Source: Acanthaster planci (lineage: Eukaryota). From it: DNA of 64,000 bases. Positions 1 to 11,399 of this stretch are shown piece after piece (position 1 is the first letter of the stretch; the number at the start of each line of letters is the position of its first letter). The DNA is taken from NCBI RefSeq assembly GCF_001949145.1, contig NW_019091356.1:4012934-4076933 (forward strand), given 5' to 3'. The notes under the pieces were generated by a model. It was not told the origin of the DNA, ran no database searches, and worked only from the letters and a program-made list of their open reading frames with translations. The translations under genes and the position numbers were made by a program.

Positions 1-210
1 TGACCTGACATGAGGTCAGGGGTGACATGTGCATTACGGTGCAATAAGAGTGCCTCTTTAAGGCATTGTTCTGTCTTTTGTTCATGTAATTCGCTGGATA
101 TGCCAAATGTTAGAAATAACAAGGATTTCTAGTTTGGTCCAGCCTTCACATCCTTGAGGTTTTTGCGGGATTAGAAACAATAGGGCTGGAGGAGGAAGAT
201 ATCAGTCATC

Positions 211-276
211 GACCTTGGTTGACCTTGGCTGACCTTGGTTGACCTTGGCTGACCTTGGTTGACCTTGGCTGACCTT
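211..276. repeat. Intronic 10-bp tandem repeat (GACCTTGGYT)n, about 6.5 copies
   Basis: Alternating gaccttggtt/gaccttggct units, directly visible. Confidence 0.9.
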
Positions 277-789
277 TTAACGAAACCCAGTGAATCTTCA
301 TCGACATAACTTTGCAATCATGTGGCAGTACATGTGAAATTTTGGGGCTGATGTTAAAGGGGGATTTGGAAAATTGGATGATGGAAATGCATTTTGTGTT
401 CAAGTTGAAATTTTTCAAGTATGAGAAATAATTTTTTAAATGTAGCAGCTCGTTCTTGAAAAGTTCACTTACTAAATATTGGTAAACCGAAATATCTTCC
501 AAACATTTTGTTTTCTGGAATTGGTTGGTCCTGAGCCCTCGTTCCTTGCATTTCATTGGATAGAGGTTTTCCACATTATGTAACACAGTGGGAAGGGGCA
601 TTTCAGGAAGTGTACCATGTTTGTGGAGGCATGTGCCAATGTTGGCAATTTCATGTACTCCAGAATATTGAAAGACTTCAAAGGCGCGCGTGTTTCTGCG
701 CACATCTGCGTAAATTGAATGCTAGACCGTCAAAAGTCATGTGACTGAAAATCCTGTATCAGTAGTGTCCTTATGTTTTTGGCCATCAG

Positions 790-3722
790 GGTGACCCATC
801 CGGCTGAAGTCATATTTGGTGAGAAAAAGAGGAAAAATCCAATCAGTGCTGAGAGGACTGGAGCAGTGGATGGGATCGCTGTCAACCTAGTGGCAAACTC
901 AACAGGGTTGATTCAAAACGGAACCGACGAAGCCAGCATTGGCCCCAAGTTCAAACACATTTATGATGTGAGTGGTAGTTGGCTTTAGTACCTTTTGGAA
1001 ATCCAAGAGAGTGAGATTAAAGATGTTATTGTATTCCTTTCTGTGCATTGCAGTCAAGCTTCATTGCTATCCCTGATCATGATGCCAATAAAACAGTTCC
1101 CATGCACGGCCTAACTTGGTGCCAAGAACTAGTGTAAATGCAGTAGTCTATTTGAGGTATGGCAGACACAAAAGAGGGGGCTATTCAGTTTGGGTGAAAT
1201 CTTTTGTGTTCACTCCAAATTTAATAACCCACTTTAAATAGCGCCCTCTTTTTGTGACTGCCATGCTTCACACTCAATTATGATTACCCCTTTGGTACAG
1301 GTGTCTACATGTGCTACACGATCTCTGTCGATGTTTTGCTGAAGGACGTATGGATTACATTTCTGTTTGAATGCCTCTTGAATTTGACAACATATATATA
1401 TGAAATTTCTGCTGTTTGAAAGAGACCAATGACTTGATTTCCTGCAGGCACGGAACTTGGGCCCCAGCACAATCCCTTACCTGACAACAGTCAACATCAC
1501 CCTTCCTTGGAAGACGAAAGAGGGCGACTGGTTGCTGTACTTCACTCACATTGAGGTGAGGGAGAAGACTTGGGTTGACTTAGGGCACCACTCTATGTTA
1601 GAACCTCTCTTACAATTGCTCGAAATGACGTTTTTCCTGCCACGTTTAGCTTTGCTCTAGAACCGGTCACTACAAGGTTCAAGTGTGATTGGACAAACTT
1701 TCAGAAATGAACAAGTAATGAATCAGGTTGTCATAGCAATGATACATTTCAGGGTGATGGTCGATAACTTCATTGACTTTTATTTTTGTATTTGCAGTTA
1801 GAGGGCACAGGGAGATGTGAATACCAGCACATATTACAACAGCAGCATCAGCAGCTGGAGACGTACCGATCCAGTGAGGTCACCTCCAAGGGGAGCCCCC
1901 TGTCATTTTTTAGCTCGGGAGAGGTTGGTTAGGTTTCCAGTTTGTTTTTTCTGGTCAAATTTCAAGTTCAGACTTCTTTGTGGTTTCAGAACTAGGCTTA
2001 GAAGGATTAATTCCCGGATTAAAAAAAAAAGTGGACAAGCCATCTTGTTCAATATGGCGGGGTTACAACTTTTGCTTGGATCAGCTGAAATTTCTTGTTG
2101 TGGTCTGTTTCACATTAAATTTTTTTTGAAATGACATTTTTGGTTTTCCGACAGTGGATTGTCAATTGTCAGACGGCGCAGTGTGCCACCATTTTCTGTG
2201 TGACTGACAACCTGCGGATGGGCGAGGGCGCTGTGATTAAAATCCAGGCACGCTTCTATGAGAAGACACTGATTGAGGTGTGTGGTTAGAGCTCTTTGAG
2301 TGAAAAGAAATTATTCTGTAATACAGATTCTAATCATTTTCTGTTGCTTCAGCTGGATTGTGTAACTCTCCTCCCAAGTCTTGGTTTTGTGGACAATGTT
2401 TGAGAACGACTTTTGTACTTTTTGCCTTACAGTCTGGATATGACACAATCAAGCTTCGTAGTGTAGCAACGGTCAAAGTAGAACATCATAATAATGTCCA
2501 TGTACAGCCAGTGAATGGCCGGCCAGACAGTATTGTGGTAAGATGACCGTGGAGTTCTCAAATAGCATCTCTTGGGGAAAAAAAACACAGCACTCTTTGT
2601 CTTTAATCTGCGGAGACTTTAAGGTTAAATTGTAAATTTGAAGGTGATACATTTAGAGGAAGTAGTCGGGGGGGTCACCTGCTTCTTGGGGTTGGGGAAT
2701 ATGAAAGTTGACTTTTTGAAATTCTTTATACTAGTTGGGTTTTTGTGCTGTCTTGCAGGTTCAAACCGTAGCGTACACTGAGTCGTCGGTAACCACGAAA
2801 GTTCCCAACTGGATTTTAGCAGTAAGCATAGTGGCTGGAATCGTTTTGTTGCTGGGAGTAATCTTGGTGCTGTGGAAGGTAAGATGGAGAAAGGTTGTGG
2901 GGAACGGAGAGCAGCTAGCCCTAACCATTATTCAGTACAATACTCTGTGCCATCTCTACTGTTATGGGGGACAAGTGTCGATTTGAAGTCCAAGCTGCGA
3001 GGAGTGAAACAAAGCCTAGATATGTTTAAAAGGAATTTTGGGTATCAGAAAGGAAAACTGAGAGGATGTTAAGCATTTGCTTAGGAGTATCTCTTAATTT
3101 GGAATGGTCGTCATGTTCCATCTGAAAGGGCCTGTTCTTATTGCAGAGCAGGTGGCCATTCCACCGGGAATACGGCATTGCCATCGGAACGTTAGCTCAG
3201 AATGGTCCATCAAGTGGTGGACCGTTCCCGCTGGGGCCTGAATGTTCAATGGAATGCTAGTGTTCCGTGGGAAAGGTCCAATAAAACATGAGCGTGCCCG
3301 ACTTTTTAGACATACTCTTAGGAAAAAACACTTGATCAGATTTGAATGTGTGACTGGCCAAAAAATCTGAATTGAAAAATGGTGTCTAGTGGGGCAAGGT
3401 AGCCTGGGATGTATGCAGGGTGCTGACATTGTTTGCAAAAGTTCCAGTGATTGTGTGATGCCATGTTGGCATAAACCAACAAGGGCACAGGTCTTTCCAC
3501 CTTGAAGCCTCTGGTTTGATTTGGGAGATGGGTGAAAGTTGTACAGCAATCAACGGATGAAGTTGACGCTTTCTTCCTGTCTCCAAACAGTGCGGTTTCT
3601 TCAGGCGGAAACAGCGGGAGGAGATGCAGAAACTTATCAACGACAAAGATGAGACGGAATCGCTCTACCACGACGGGGATGCCAACCACCTCAAAGACCC
3701 ATTCCAAGACGATGAGGACTGA
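790..3722 (+). CDS. Integrin alpha subunit, 3' part (calf-2, transmembrane helix, cytoplasmic tail); 5' exons lie upstream of the window
   Basis: Seven GT-AG exons in consistent phase: 790-967, 1448-1555, 1798-1923, 2155-2277, 2433-2537, 2759-2878, 3591-3722 (TGA). Translation includes IGPKFKHIYD-ARNLGPSTIP, NCQTAQCATIFC, TM segment VPNWILAVSIVAGIVLLLGVILVLW, then KCGFFRR (the integrin-alpha KxGFFKR motif) and an acidic tail. Confidence 0.93.
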
Positions 3723-4241
3723 CCTTTGTGAAAGGTCATCACAAGAAATCTGGAGCATGCCGCAGCCGCCCCCATGCTTCATCATTGTTATTTATTTCAG
3801 CCCTTAGAAATCGTAGAAATCAGGAATCAAGAAAAGCGGATGTTAAACTGAAGCCTTACTGTGGAGAGAAGACAGTAAAATTAATGTTTGGTTAAGAGGA
3901 GAAAGGGCGCACTTGAAAGGAACGTTCTGGGATAGGCCTGCTCAAGAGAGACCTGTGGTCCTACAATCCACTTGCTGGTGAAGGGAAAAATGAGATGGAA
4001 TACCCAGAGATGAAGGATGAAGAACGTCTTGGAAGTTCATTCCTGATTAGATTCTATTTAAAAATTCCATGCTTCTTGCTGTTCAATCATATTTAGGTCA
4101 TTAAAAACAACTTAGAACCAACATTCCAGGAAAATTGCTGAAAATAAAGCCTGACGGTTGCTGAAATTCCAATATAAGGAATAGTTTTAATTTAGTAAAA
4201 ATAAGAAGAAAAAACAAATCCTATCCACTTCAAAATATATC

Positions 4242-4311
4242 TTAACCCTAACACTCCCAAATCCTCCAATTTCAGTACGATTTTACATACACCCTAGGGG
4301 GTTAGTGTTAA
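4242..4311. mobile_element. 70-bp piggyBac-like miniature element, copy 1 (TTAA-CCCTAAC...GTTAGtG-TTAA)
   Basis: TTAA at both ends with short terminal inverted repeats; close similarity to 8588-8657. Confidence 0.55.
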
Positions 4312-5679
4312 AGCACTTACAACTGTTGTCCAGTACCAGACATCATCCATGGTTCCCTGCTTTATTTGCAATGGATGCTGCTATCAGCAACCAGCACTAC
4401 CAACAATAGATTACTAAGTGGATTTGTACTGGAAGTACGACTTCTCCGTGGTTTCTGTCACTTCAGGAAGAAGTAAAATGTAGATGACTTAACAGTGGGA
4501 TCATTATTTTTTAGCTTAACATACATAACTGGGTAGCCAGTCAAGTGTTATATGAAGAGCTGCTAGTTGTTTCACTGTGTGCTGATTTCATGTTTTTACA
4601 CTATGCAGGGTACCAGCGCTTCTAGAAACATTTTAAACAAATTGTACATAAACCTACCTGCTAATGCTATCCATATTTTTGTAGTACCAATATAAAATAG
4701 TTTGTTTTTTAGAAATGAATTTCAAGGTCGATCACCTGATTGTTTCACAGTAACAAGTATACTTTTGAATGGAATTTTAAAACTTTATTGTAAATTGTAT
4801 CCGTCTGTTGGGTCAGTTTGAAAAATAATTTTTCTCAAAAAATCAGATAAAGTCTGTTGGGAGCCAGGTTTGTGAAATGTACTTTCGATCAGTTTGAAGA
4901 GCTGCCATGTGTTATCGATTACTAATACCGATGGATCACTTGGGTGTCGATAGTCACTTGGGAGCCAGTTTATTTCAACCTATTGAGCCTGTCTGTAGTG
5001 GTCATTCATTCGTTCAATTTATCCAATCATTTTAGATCCCTGAAGGGAGAGATTTTAAACTTTTCCCAAGTTGCTATAACTCTGTACTGTTATTCATATC
5101 CAGGATGATTTTTAACTTGTGTTCTTCGATGCTAAGTTACCTCATTGCTGGAATTATCAGACTGGTTAGGATTTCACAGGTGATTTGTGAAGCAGGTGGG
5201 AGTCGTACCCAGTCCCTCCTGCCTATTAATAGTTAAAATACCCTTGGCACTTTACTCAAATTAAACCAATGTACAAACTTCGGATGATGCGCTATTTTTG
5301 GCCATGTAAATATTGTAAAAAATCTGTAAATGACACTTCCATACTATTTTGTGCCTAGTGAATAATGCAAAAAAATTCAATGAAGATGAAATAATGCAAC
5401 TGTATATGGAACAGAATTTATAAGATGTAACAATGGTCTGATAGTAAAGTGATCAGTAAAGCAGTTTGTTAACCATTTGAACTCGTGGAAATGGAGTTAA
5501 ATTGAAATTCTGGCGGCGAAGTACAGCTGGATTTAAATCATAATTTACATTTGATGTTGAATTAAACCATCAAAAACACCATAGTTGTGAACCTTTTAAA
5601 GAGCTGCATACTTTCATGTTGGAAGGATTTAGCGTTGCATTCAATTAAATATAATCCAACAGTTTAATATTCCCGAAAT

Positions 5680-8540
5680 CTGAATTTTGTCATTTTTGGA
5701 TTAAAAAAAAAACAAACTGCAAGGGGTTAAGACGTGCATTTTAATTGAAAATGGGCCAAATTTCTATTTTCTTCAAATCCTAATTTTTTCAATTTCGGAC
5801 AAAATTGAAGTTTACCTTGAATTTCTCATTGTCAGCCAAACTCTAATGAAACTGCAAGGGGTTAGCCTTGTATAAATAAAAATGGGTCAAAATTCAAATA
5901 AAAAAAATCACAATCTTGTCATTTTCGGTTAAATTAGATAAAACGGCAAGCGGTTAGCTTTTATTTTATTAAACGTGGGCCATAATTCAAATCTTCCTTT
6001 GAATCCGAAATTTCAAATTTTCAGCCAAAAGTTAATAAAACTACAATACAAGGCAAGTGTTAGCCTTGTATTCTAATTAAAAACGGGTGCAAATTCAAAT
6101 TTTTAGCAAATCAATCTCATTTTCTGCCAAAATTAAATTAAAAAGCAAGGGGTTAGCCTTGTATTTCAATTAGAAACTGGCAAAAATAAAAATTTCCACT
6201 AATATCAATTTTTTCATTTTCGGCCAAAATTAAATAAAGCAAGGGGTTAGCCTTGTATATTTAATTAAAAACGGGCCCAAATTCGAATATTCAGGATATC
6301 TCAACTTAGCAATTGTCAGCCAAAGTTAAATAAAAGCGAGGCAAAAGCAAGGGATTAGCCATGTTTTTAAAATAAGAATGGGCTTAAATTCAAATTTCCC
6401 CAATTTTCAAATTTTCTGCAAAAATTAATTAAAAATGCAAATTTTAAATTTTTAGGAAATCTCAATTATGTTATTTTTTGGCCTCAATAAAATTAAACGG
6501 CAAGGGGTTAGCATTTTTTTAAATCAAACTTGGGACAAAATTCAAATTTTCTTTTGAATCTGAAATTTCAAATTTTTGGCCAAAATTTAATAAAACTGCA
6601 AGGGGTTAGCCTTGCATTTTAATTAGAATCTGACAAAGTAACAAAATTCCACTAATATCAAATTTGTCATTTTTTGGTCAAAATTAACTTAAAAAGCAAG
6701 GGGTTAGCCTTGTGTATTTAATCAAATCGGGCCGAAATTCAAATATTTAGGAAATCTCAACTTTGCAATTTTCGGCCAAAATTAATTGAAAAAGTAAGGG
6801 GTTAGCCTTGTATTTCAATTAGAAACTGGCAAAAATAAAAAAATTTCCACTAATATGAAGTTTTTCATTTTTGGCCAAAATTAAATAGAAAAAGGGGGGT
6901 TGGCCTTGTATTTAATCAAAAACGGGCCCGAATTCAAATTTTTAGGAAATCAGAATTTTGTCATTTTCGGCCAAAATTAAATAAAAAAGGAAGGGGTTAG
7001 CCTTGCATTTCAATTAGAAACTGGCAAAAATAAAAAAAATTCACTAATATCAATTTTTTCATTTTTGGCCAAAATTAAATAATAAAGCAAGGGGTTAGCC
7101 TTGTGCATTTCATTAAAAATGGGCCCTAATTCAAATATTTAGGAAATCTCAACTTTGAAATTTTCGGCCAAAATTAAATAAAAAAGCAAGGGGTTAGCCT
7201 TGCATTTTAATTAGAAACTGACAAAATAAAAAAATTCCACTAATATCAATTTTGTCATTTTGGTCAAAATTAAATTAAAAAGCAAGGGGTTAGCCTTGTA
7301 TATTTAATCAAATCGGGCCGAAATTCAAATATTTAGGAAATCTCAACTTTGAAATTTTCGGCCAAAATTAAATGAAAAAGCAAGGGGTTAGCCTTGTGTT
7401 TGAATTAGAAACTGGCAAAAATAAAAAAATTTCCACTAATATAAAGTTTTTCATTTTCGGCCAAAATTAAATAGAAAAAGGGGGGTTGGCCTTGTATTTA
7501 ATCAAAAACGGGCCCGAATGCAAATTTTTAGGAAATCAGAATTTTGTCATTTTTGGCCAAAATTAAATAAAAAAGGAAGGGGTTAGCCTTGTATTTCAAT
7601 TAGAAACTGGCAAAAATAAAAAAAAATTCACTGATATCAATTTTTTCATTTTTGACCAAAATTAAATAATAAAGCAAGGGGTTAGCCTTGTGCATTTAAT
7701 TAAAAACGGGCCCTATATTCAAATATTTAGGAAATCTGAATTTTGTCATTTTCGGCCATAATTAAATAAAGGAAGGGGTTAGCCTTGCATTTCAATTAGA
7801 CACTGGAAAAAATAAAAAAATTTCACTAATACCAATTTTTTCCTTTTCGGCAAAAATTAAATAAAAAAGCAAAAAAAAAATGGGTCAAAATTCAAATTAT
7901 TAGCGCATCTCAATTTTGTCATTTCTCGGCCAAAATAAAATAAAACGGCACGGGGTTAGGTTTGTTTTTTGTTTTTATTAAACTTGGGCCAAAAATTCAA
8001 ATTTTCTTTTTGATTCCGAAATTTCACATTTTCAGCCAAAATTTTATAAAACGGCAAGGGGTAAGACTTGAATTAGAAACTGGCAAAAATAAACAATTTC
8101 CACAAATATCAATTCTGTCATTTTCGGCCAAAATTAAATTAAAAAGCAAGGGGTTAGCCTTGTATTTCAATTTAAACTGGCCCAAAATTCAACTTTTTAG
8201 CAAATTTCAATTTTGTCATTTTCGGAAAAAACTAAATAAAAAAAGCAAGGGGCTAGCCTTGTATTTTAAATAAAAATGGGCCAAAATTCAGAATTTCCCC
8301 ATATCTCAATTTTCAAATTTTCTGCCAAAATTCAATAAAACTGATAGGGGTTAGCATTGAATTAAAATTACAAATGGAGAAAACTTTAACTTTTCTGAAA
8401 TCTCAACTTGAAAGTTTCAGCCAAAATTATGAAAGGGGCTAGCCTGGTATCTTCATAAGATATAGGCCACAATTTCATTCTTGGCTTAAACCTTAAAATT
8501 GTCATTTAAAAAACCCCCAATAACTGCAAAGGGACTTCAA
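5680..8540. repeat. AT-rich satellite array, ~97-bp monomer anchored by GCAAGGGGTTAGCCTTG, about 28-29 copies, with dimeric and hexameric higher-order structure
   Basis: Anchor motif recurs at about 6601, 6698, 6796, 6892, 6991, 7089, 7188, 7284, 7382, 7478, 7577, 7676 and 7773, with more diverged copies on both flanks. Confidence 0.92.
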
Positions 8541-8587
8541 TCTTAGCCAACCAGTATAATTTCTTTGGGCAGAATGTGTTTTATTAT

Positions 8588-8657
8588 TTAACCCCAATAG
8601 TCTCAAATCCTGCAATTTCAATACGATTTTACTTACACCTTAGGGGGTTAGGGTTAA
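8588..8657. mobile_element. 70-bp piggyBac-like miniature element, copy 2
   Basis: TTAA-CCCCAAT...GTTAGGG-TTAA; same length as, and similar internal sequence to, 4242-4311. Confidence 0.55.
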
Positions 8658-11399
8658 AACATGCCTTCCCCTCTGTAACATTACCAAACTATCCAAAAAC
8701 AAGCACAAAAAACTCATATAAACCGTCCTTAAACACTGGAAATGAAAGGGAAAAAAATGATTGGAGAACCACATTTCTGAAGGAAAGGTGACTAATATTT
8801 ATCATCAGCTTATGGCGATATAATAAACACACAGTCCAAAAATTATTTGACTAATGAAACAGAATCGTGAAGGACACAAACAAGTAACCCTCCCCCCTAA
8901 GTTCAATGCACTTTTAAAACCAAGCAGCTCATTGTACATTTGCAAGTCAGCTTTTAAAACAAGTAATGACCCTGTGAAACAGAATCTGAACATTGATAAC
9001 TAATGCAACGACAAATTCACAGATGCAGATTGTACGGTTGGGTTGAGGACAACTTACACGTGCAGTGGGATAATACAGAGTAAAATCTATCCTCTGAGAA
9101 AAACAGTTACCGATATGTCGACCGTACAGAAAGGGCCGCTCATCAAAGTCACCGACAAGAAGTATGTACAGAAATGTTTCCACTTCACAGACAACAAAAA
9201 TTGTAAATGTCGCCAGAAAAAGAGGAGGGCAAGTACAGTGGATGCACATTGTGGCTTCAAGCACAGCAATGATTCATTTCAATTTTTCGTTTGAAATCTT
9301 GGTCCTTAGACAGGCGGTTGAATATACATTTACCTCTGTACTGATCATGCCGCGCTTTGTTTGTGTATGGTTCGTCGACCCTTGACCCCAACTGGCTCCA
9401 CAGGAAAAATGTATGTGACAACCAAGAGTGACGTCATCAGTACATAGGTCTGTTTACTTACAGATTCTCCAACTCTGGAAATCAGTGACACTGTTAAATA
9501 GTTGGGCGAGTAGATTTTACATTTAAAAATTTTGTAATATTAACATGATTAAAATACACATTGTAATTAATTCTAGGAAATGATAGTGAAGTAGTCCCAC
9601 TCTCCTAAATGGATTCCTATTTCTTAAATCCTTAAAATGTCTTTTTATCAAACTTGTTCAGATACAGAAGCACAAGCTGCTGGCGAAATGTCCTGTCTAA
9701 TTTTTGTTTTTTTTCCCCTTACGAGGTTGTTTAAATGACGAAATGAAAAGTGGAGTCTGAACACTAGCTTTATCTCAGTAAACAAATGACAGATAAAACT
9801 TGAAATGACATCAAAATGTTGGCCCCATTATCAATCGAAAGTAAGGAACAAGTTGTGCTAAGCCAGTTGCCATGGCTTCATCTGCATACAAAATTTGGCC
9901 AGAGCATGGCCTTGATTTCAAGTCCAGACAGTAGCCTTAGAAAGTACTGCTCTGTGAGCTACAAGTTATTCACATCTGGGTATTAACGCCCCTATGGGGA
10001 TTAGTAATCGATTAAAACACAAGAGTAGACCAACTTGACAAACAGGCTTCCAAAAGCAGAGGCCATGAACACATTTAACCAAACAAATGCCAATACAAAC
10101 AGTCAAAAGTAACAGCGTTGAAATACCAGATTCCATGCCCAATACTCTACACGATGAAACAACCCTGAGGCAATGTTGGCTGAAGCCGCAGACACCATAC
10201 ATCATGTAGACATAGCAAAAAGTCAATACCGTAAAGGCTGGATTTGAAGCTAAAATTGAAAGTTACGTATAGAACTAATTGATTCACCTGTACCCTAGAA
10301 ATTGACTTTCAGAGTGTTCCGAGCGTTTCATAATGTGCACGTGTGACAATGTAGCTTTTCTATTTCTCTTTACATCCATCAACACCTGAGAAGGAGTAAA
10401 TTAATTCTTTGACAACAGACAGCCAAATAGTTTTGCATCAATCTGTTCAGACACCGGGTAATTTTCGACCCTTTAAGAATTAAGGTTGTCAGACAGACCA
10501 CTAAGCATACCAGCAAAAACTTGACCAAATACTGACACAGGTGTGTAATAAATTTCCTTATGAATGCATTGATTGCTCAAGCTCCTCGTTCCTACTCTGC
10601 TCCAAATTTCAAAGGCTTCATATCAGAAGTTACTGTTTCATCTCAAGGCATGAACAAATGAAAGCACCATCATACAGCAGCAATACCCACACATAGGCCA
10701 TGAGTTTGTGGCCGAGTTCCAGTGCCCCTCCTGACCTTTGACCTGTGACCTTTGATCTGACACTCTATTCTTCAGTAGACTACAAATACCACCCTATTCT
10801 GTTATGCTTCTCCACACCGTGTTGACAATCCAAGCATTTTTGCCATGCTTTGACAGACATACGGTTTACGATCATTCATGTCATATTGTAACAATACAGT
10901 TTGTGTCAATGTTTTACAGACTTCTTGACCGATGGAATTTCAGTTTAAAAATGAAAGTTATAATACAAGAGAGAACATGAAAAAAATGTGATCTATAAAC
11001 AAGATAGTAAGAGAATAAACAAAACATCTTCGAACAATTGGGTCCCAGGAAATATAGGTGTTTTGGAATTTGAAATGAAGACAGATAGAACTAGAAAATA
11101 AAGTTGGAGTAGCAGTAGTTTAAGGTCCTCTGGTCCACATTCACTCAACAGCATTTATTATAATCTTTTTCTTGAGTCGGAATGACATCTGTGTGCGTGC
11201 GTAACTCAAAATATGAAATCTATCATACAATGGATATAAATATACCTATGTGTAAGTGGGTTCAAATCTTCAGCACCACATATTTCCCTGCAACAAAATG
11301 TGAGACCGTCACAGAGGGAATCGTCAAACGTGTACGGCCAATAGGTGGTATGTGGTGGATAAATTACTATGGTTACCGGTGATTTGTGTGGCTCCGTTC

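Noticed and set aside
206..703. 165-aa minus-strand ORF
   Set aside because: Its tail is the 10-bp tandem repeat; no domain; it lies antisense within an integrin intron.
3094..3807. Several overlapping 86-151 aa ORFs
   Set aside because: They are off-frame or antisense shadows of the last integrin exon (3591-3722) and its intron.
7962..8273. 103-aa K/F-rich ORF
   Set aside because: It is a translation of satellite DNA.
5680..8540. Regularly spaced conserved motif resembling a CRISPR array
   Set aside because: The intervening sequences are homologous to each other rather than unique spacers, there are no cas genes, and the context is eukaryotic. It is a satellite.
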